Virus record (IMG/VR): IMGVR_UViG_2654587728_000014
Span: 1 to 64,000 of that record
Origin: a virus
Taxonomy: Duplodnaviria > Heunggongvirae > Uroviricota > Caudoviricetes
Direction: 5' to 3' (one strand)
DNA: 64,000 nucleotides
Both the position numbers and the translations under genes were made by a program. This document shows, piece after piece, positions 59,433-64,000 of this stretch (positions within the stretch are counted from its first letter, which is position 1; each line of letters opens with the position of its first letter). The notes under the pieces are model-generated. The model was not told where the DNA came from, ran no database searches, and saw only the letters and a list, made by a program, of their open reading frames with translations.

Positions 59433-59954
59433 AAGACAGCCTCCATTGATTTCTTTGCTCGTATTTTGCACTTATGAAGTATGGTCGGCAAGGTGCCGTA
59501 TCGCTGACGCGCTTCGCTTGTCTGCTGCTTCGCCGGGGCATAAAAAATTTATGCCCCGGCTCTCCAGCTCCTGTATCAATCAGATAATTTCACGACGCCT
59601 TCCAGTTTATCGCCACCATCGACGGTCAGACTCTTACGCAATTCCACCGCGTTGACTGTATGTTCTCGCTGCCTCAGTGCGATTTTGACGGCCTTACCTT
59701 TCACCCCATCAAATCAAAAGCCCTCACGCCTTTTTCATGCTCAGCGTGAGAAATATGGCCATTCTGTTGTGTCTCTGCGACATCGTTCAGGGAATGCTAT
59801 TTACCCCCTGAAACGCGGGCTGTTCCCCCGTCACCTGCGCGCAGAAAAAACGCGTTTTTTTGTGCACGTACGGATCCTTGACGGATCCAGCCACCACGCG
59901 GGCCGGAAGTACAAAAAGTCGTTCAAAAAAATTGTGCAAACTTGTGCACTATCG

Positions 59955-59986
59955 TGCAAACAAAAAAAGCGCCTTATCGGCGCTTC
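59955..59986 (-). terminator. rho-independent terminator of 89-aa cargo gene
   Basis: on minus strand AAGCGCCGATAAGGCGCTT followed by TTTTTTTGTTTG. Confidence 0.6.
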
Positions 59987-59993
59987 AAAAGTA

Positions 59994-60263
59994 TCAATTG
60001 TTGCTGTTTATTAATCGCCAACCACGAACATATGCTTCATAGGCATCTCTGTGCCTTACAGTTCCAGCCTGGCTAAACGGAATGTTAGCTAAAACTAAAT
60101 CATTCTGAGCCATAGCGCGTCCTTCAAGCGCATCTTTTATGCCTAGCTCAAAAGCACAGGCAGCGCATTTGTGCCGACCTTCTTGTCCTTGATATTCAGG
60201 GAGAGACAGAAATGTTGGATTATAACGATGAGGGTTCTTGCAAATACCTGTTTTAGCCCGCAC
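59994..60263 (-). CDS. hypothetical small protein, hotspot cargo (89 aa, Cys-containing)
   Basis: GTG start with GAGG RBS; own strong terminator; no family recognised. Confidence 0.45.
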   Translation of the reverse strand: MRAKTGICKNPHRYNPTFLSLPEYQGQEGRHKCAACAFELGIKDALEGRAMAQNDLVLANIPFSQAGTVRHRDAYEAYVRGWRLINSNN

Positions 60264-60393
60264 TTTATTTACCTCATAGGAAAAATATGCGTGCCTTTAC
60301 AGAGGTGCGTGTAAGCAATAAAATATACGACGCACATTTTGATTTACTTCGGAAGGCACGCATATCAGGTTAAGTGAGCCCGACCGAGTTTTA

Positions 60394-60427
60394 CGCCCCA
60401 ATAGTTGCTGCTATTGGGGCGTTTTGC
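60394..60427 (+). terminator. plus-strand hairpin terminator with no upstream plus-strand CDS (possible small RNA 3' end)
   Basis: CGCCCCAATAG-TTGCTG-CTATTGGGGCG followed by TTTTG; long-range inverted repeat TATGCGTGCCTT...AAGGCACGCATA upstream. Confidence 0.4.
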
Positions 60428-60627
60428 ATGGACAATGCCGCGCAATTATCTTGTCGCTCACAATGCGAACGATCTTACAAAAAGGCACATTACTGTCAAG
60501 ATAATTGATCGTTTTAATCGATAGATAATAGACAATCTATTTGTTTAACAGATCGATTATTGAAGTAAGTGTGCCAAATGGAATGATACTGTCTCTATAA
60601 ACGTGAGCATTTTTCGCGCAGATGCTT

Positions 60628-60939
60628 TTACTCAGGAAATAACGCCCGGATATTCCCAGCCATCTGGCTGGTTATCTTAGCCACTGGTGCAGACTGTGCT
60701 TCAAACTTTTTTGAGCTGATTTGTGTCACAGGTAACATCTCATCATCAGCCCATGCGGCCAGTCGGTAAGCCTCTGCCGGATTCGTCTTCAGAAGTGCCA
60801 GCCCGGCCAGAAAAGCCACGCGTTGGCCGCTTTTGCGGGCTTCTGGTGTAAGGCTGTCCAGCCAGGCGCATGCTTCTCCTTCGTTCTTGACGGCGGCGGG
60901 CTTCAGATAGAAACTTATCCGTCTGGTTGGTGTCGTCAT
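60628..60939 (-). CDS. parR: ParR-like centromere-binding protein
   Basis: 104 aa from MTTPTRRISFYLKP (compare R1 ParR RRTIAFKLNPD); AAGGAG RBS; 4 nt after parM stop. Confidence 0.6.
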   Translation of the reverse strand: MTTPTRRISFYLKPAAVKNEGEACAWLDSLTPEARKSGQRVAFLAGLALLKTNPAEAYRLAAWADDEMLPVTQISSKKFEAQSAPVAKITSQMAGNIRALFPE

Positions 60940-60943
60940 TGGT

Positions 60944-61903
60944 TTACTCCTTGTCCATTGCGTACAGCCCATTAACCAGAGCAAACTGTGGCACCCCGTC
61001 CGCGATGAAAGTCGCATTAACTCCGCAGGCTTCGCGGATAGCGGGTGCCACAATCTCCGCCCCGCCACCGACAACCATCACCCGCCCGTAACCCGAAAAA
61101 ACCGCCAGCGCGCGGATCACGCGTTGTTTCAGTGTTTCTTCCTTTTCACGAATAACCGCCATCAGGCTGGCGTAATGCGCGTCATTGTGGATGTGCTGGC
61201 GCAGCCAGGCTTCATTATGGCGATGTTCGATAATGGTATTGGCGATGTGGTGACTGGTGCGCATACCGTTAGTGGCCATCACCGACAGTACGGCATCGGC
61301 CATAAGAGAAACGCCTACGTGTGGATCGCAAAACACCTGGCTGATACCTGCCAGTTGCCCCTGAACCTTTGCCACATCCAGCGTGGTTCCGCCCAAATCC
61401 ACAATCAGCAGGGATTCAAACGGACTCATGTCAGCCAGTGCTTTAAAGCCAGCCGGAATGGATTCAGGCATAACCCGTACGTTACGGATAGTGAATGCTT
61501 CGCCGTTCTGGTACTCCACCGGGCGCATGACGTTCGCTTTTTTGCGGTTGATGTTGGCCATGTCCGGCTGTGCGTTTGTGTCGAAATATTCGCTCAGTGG
61601 CAGGGTAACAACCACATCCACTTCCTGTGGCGTGATGTCTGATTTGACCAGCGCGTGATGAATGGCAATGACATTCACATCGCTGTACTGGTATTGCGTG
61701 TCGGTCGTCTGGACAAAGCGATCGCTGACCGGATCAAAACCATAGCGCACGCCATCAAGCATGTAGTTAGCAGGCTGCGAGCCACCGAACGGCGCAGACC
61801 ATTCCGACTTGAAGCTGTTCGGGCTGATGGCGTTGCGGCGTTCGCCGTTCTCAGTCCATGCCAGCTTGATGTTGGTGGAGCCGTCGTCGATGTAAATTTT
61901 CAT
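60944..61903 (-). CDS. parM: ParM/StbA-like actin-family segregation ATPase
   Basis: 319 aa; blocks IDDGSTNIKL, SPNSFK, YSDVNVIAIHHAL, VMPESIPAG, LIVDLGGTTLDV, MVVGGGAE shared with R1 ParM. Confidence 0.85.
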   Translation of the reverse strand: MKIYIDDGSTNIKLAWTENGERRNAISPNSFKSEWSAPFGGSQPANYMLDGVRYGFDPVSDRFVQTTDTQYQYSDVNVIAIHHALVKSDITPQEVDVVVTLPLSEYFDTNAQPDMANINRKKANVMRPVEYQNGEAFTIRNVRVMPESIPAGFKALADMSPFESLLIVDLGGTTLDVAKVQGQLAGISQVFCDPHVGVSLMADAVLSVMATNGMRTSHHIANTIIEHRHNEAWLRQHIHNDAHYASLMAVIREKEETLKQRVIRALAVFSGYGRVMVVGGGAEIVAPAIREACGVNATFIADGVPQFALVNGLYAMDKE

Positions 61904-61932
61904 GTCGGTTTTCCTTATGTTGATTAATTAAT

Positions 61933-62046
61933 CGTTTACGGGATTCTGAAATCCCGTTTTTGCCTGTTTTGTGCGCGCCTCATATATCGCTGCGCGTTTT
62001 TTGCTCATTTACGGGATTCGTGAGTCCCGTTTCTGTCTGTTTTTTG
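61933..62046 (+). repeat. two 41-bp direct repeats, each containing a dyad (ACGGGATTC..GAATCCCGT) and T-rich tail
   Basis: 61933-61973 and 62006-62046, about 80% identical; one in the last codons of A, one between A and parM. Confidence 0.5.
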
Positions 62047-64000
62047 TTTCCACTGGTCAGGCCACCCCGCAGCAGGTCTGCTTTGCGGCTGGCGCGTTCA
62101 GTGGTTTCACTGATTCTCTGTGCGTGCTCTGCGTCGCGGATGGCGCGCAGCATGTCAGAAAGCACGGTAACGGGTGTTTTCATGGTGTTCTGGTCCTGCT
62201 GAAGTGTGGATGCCAGGCGTGCGGCGGCTTCAGGGTCTGATGCCCCCAGCTGTGCCAGATAGCTGGCGACCGGGTTATGGCGGATCTCCGTGCTGCTTAC
62301 GCCATGATTACGGCTCAGACGCTGCCAGAGCTGCGTGATTCGGCTGTCCGGGCGGGTATCCGGTTTGCGTACAATTTCAAATCCCTGCGGTGCAATGATG
62401 CTGCCGTCAACGTACAGACTGCCGCCCCGTAACAGGTGCTGCATCTGTTGTTCACCGATATGCAGGCCGAGAGATTCAGCAGACTCCCGCCATTCTTTAG
62501 CGAGTAACTCGTGGTTATCAGGCAAAGGCCGCTGCTGTTTGCGGCTCTGTGTCCAGTTCTGCATTTCATCGCTGCTGTTTTTTGCCTGTTTGTCACGAAG
62601 CGAACGCATCAGCGCCCGGCGTTCGTGCCGTTTCAGTGAGCGCATCCATTCATTTACTTCAACGCCGTCAGGAAGCTGCGGCCACGGTGCTGGCCGTTCT
62701 TCCGGCTGTTCTGTCCCGTTGTTGCCTGTTTCCTGTACACGGGGACAGTTATTGCCACGAGTCCAAGGGGCGGCAGGGCCGCCCTGAAGGTCAAAACCAT
62801 TTTCGCGGGCGCTGTCTTCCGCTTCCGGTTTGCGTCTTACCAGCTTCCAGTTATCCGGATGCGTGCATACGCGGGAAGACTCCCCAATGAGCGGCGACCA
62901 GATCCCGTAAATCTGTACGCTCTGTTCACCGTAATCGTTCAGCTCATCTGCGAGGTCGTAGGCGGTGCGAATCAGGTAGTCTTTGCGTGGAACAAGTACG
63001 CCACCCTGTTTCTCAATGTAGGTGGCAAAACATCCGGCATCAGCGGCAGCGAGTACCGCGTCCATTGCGTCATCCTTCAGCCGTTGCGGGCCTTCCGGAT
63101 TGCGTGCCATCTGGCTGGCAAGGCGGCGCAGTTCACGCCACACCTGACGGGAGGGGATGCCAAAGAACTGGAACTGACGGACCCGGTGAAGGCGCGCCCA
63201 GCCGATGGCGCGCTCCACGCTCTCGGCCATTGATTTACCTGTTTCGTGGTCAACGCGTGGCTTGCCCGTTTTCGGGTCGATGCCATCCACGGCGCGGCTG
63301 TCCAGGTTCTTTCCGATGTAGGTGGCGATGTAGCTGGTTGGCGTGCCTTTTGAGCCGTCGACGTACTCCGCCTTAAAACGCGGAGTTATGTCATCGCCCA
63401 GCTCGTGGCGGTCTTCCTGAATGGCAATATCGCAGACGTGGGACACGATGGTTTCAATCTCGTCCGGATGTGCAAAGACCATCATATGCCAGTGCACAGT
63501 GCCGTCATGGTGAGGCTCCACCGTGCGGATGCCATACCAGCGCAGGCCGTCGCGGTTCAGTTTTTTGCGGACCGCCGCAAAAAACGTGTTAACCAGGTAA
63601 TCGCTGGAGTCGCGCATTGTGGCCCCGTTCCATTTGGGATTCGGATGACCGTTCTCCGTTGTTGCGTGGTATTTTGACGGGCAGGTGACAGTCAGAAACA
63701 CCGCTCTGTCGCCACGGGCTTCGGCCAGAAGTTCCAGCCCCTTCATGGTGGCCATCATTTCTGCCTTACGGTGAACCGGGTTACTTACTCCCGCGTAATA
63801 CACCGTCTCGAGATCAATCGTGAACCCGTCTTCATTTTCCAGCATGAAACTTTTCAGGAAATCGCGTGTTTTCTCGCGCTGTGCGCGAAACTCGCTTAAC
63901 GCGTCCTGGCTCAGATAGGGTGATGTTTTTCTGGAAACCAGACAGGCGGCGCGGAGTTGTTCTTCCCGCCACTCGCAACGTAACAGCCACAGTTTGCGTT
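61980..64000 (-). CDS. A: P2-like replication initiation protein gpA, C-terminal part (gene continues beyond window end)
   Basis: ORF 61980..63845 open to window edge; rolling-circle initiator with histidine pair HWHMMVF. Confidence 0.85.
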   Translation of the reverse strand, partial: RKLWLLRCEWREEQLRAACLVSRKTSPYLSQDALSEFRAQREKTRDFLKSFMLENEDGFTIDLETVYYAGVSNPVHRKAEMMATMKGLELLAEARGDRAVFLTVTCPSKYHATTENGHPNPKWNGATMRDSSDYLVNTFFAAVRKKLNRDGLRWYGIRTVEPHHDGTVHWHMMVFAHPDEIETIVSHVCDIAIQEDRHELGDDITPRFKAEYVDGSKGTPTSYIATYIGKNLDSRAVDGIDPKTGKPRVDHETGKSMAESVERAIGWARLHRVRQFQFFGIPSRQVWRELRRLASQMARNPEGPQRLKDDAMDAVLAAADAGCFATYIEKQGGVLVPRKDYLIRTAYDLADELNDYGEQSVQIYGIWSPLIGESSRVCTHPDNWKLVRRKPEAEDSARENGFDLQGGPAAPWTRGNNCPRVQETGNNGTEQPEERPAPWPQLPDGVEVNEWMRSLKRHERRALMRSLRDKQAKNSSDEMQNWTQSRKQQRPLPDNHELLAKEWRESAESLGLHIGEQQMQHLLRGGSLYVDGSIIAPQGFEIVRKPDTRPDSRITQLWQRLSRNHGVSSTEIRHNPVASYLAQLGASDPEAAARLASTLQQDQNTMKTPVTVLSDMLRAIRDAEHAQRISETTERASRKADLLRGGLTSGNKKQTETGLTNPVNEQKTRSDI

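Larger units (their letters stand above)
45348..64000 (-). mobile_element. P2-like prophage, main segment (G, H, I, J, W, V, S, R, lysis, X, L, M, N, O, P, Q, cargo hotspot, A); remaining P2-like blocks lie at 1-4864 and 8693-10681
   Basis: P2 gene order and homologs throughout; continues beyond window end. Confidence 0.85.

Noticed and set aside
59652-60014. Plus-strand ORFs of 120 and 60 aa in the hotspot intergenic region
   Set aside because: They run through palindromes and terminator hairpins, lack RBS, and overlap the well-supported minus-strand 89-aa gene terminator; judged spurious.
58894-61980. P2 cos site expected between Q and the cargo/A region
   Set aside because: I could not find a convincing 19-nt cos-like GC-rich sequence by eye; not annotated. 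A targeted alignment with P2/186 cos could still locate it.

Overview
Read by eye (no tools; homology calls are from memory, self-placed sites are +/-2 bp), this window is essentially all prophage DNA from two temperate phages interleaved. (1) A P2-like prophage: D, FI, FII, E/E', T and U at the left, and H through Q plus a cargo hotspot and the 3' part of replication gene A at the right (45348-64000). (2) A Mu-like transposable prophage of about 37 kb: ner/transposase/B/Gam/GemA/Mor early genes on the minus strand (10846-19447), repressor on plus, a Dam-containing accessory block (20014-22291), and a complete lysis/head/tail module on the plus strand (22389-45341). The Mu-like element appears to have transposed into the P2 tape-measure gene T: two Mu-type ends (about 4865 and 10682) are each flanked by the same GTGAC(G) of T. 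The ends are now in direct orientation and the P2 tail operon is split across both strands, so inversions followed the insertion. The most striking feature is a recombination network of two Gin-family serine invertases and four gix-like crossover sites in tail-fibre genes, giving one silent invertible cassette flanked by both invertase genes and a second cassette shared by the convergent Mu-like S and P2-like H fibre genes. Accessory cargo worth testing: a ParM/ParR actin-type module plus two unknown ORFs in the P2 Q-A hotspot, the Dam / P-loop NTPase block, and MazG-like and Zn-ribbon genes in the Mu-like early region. No rRNA, tRNA or CRISPR array was recognised.
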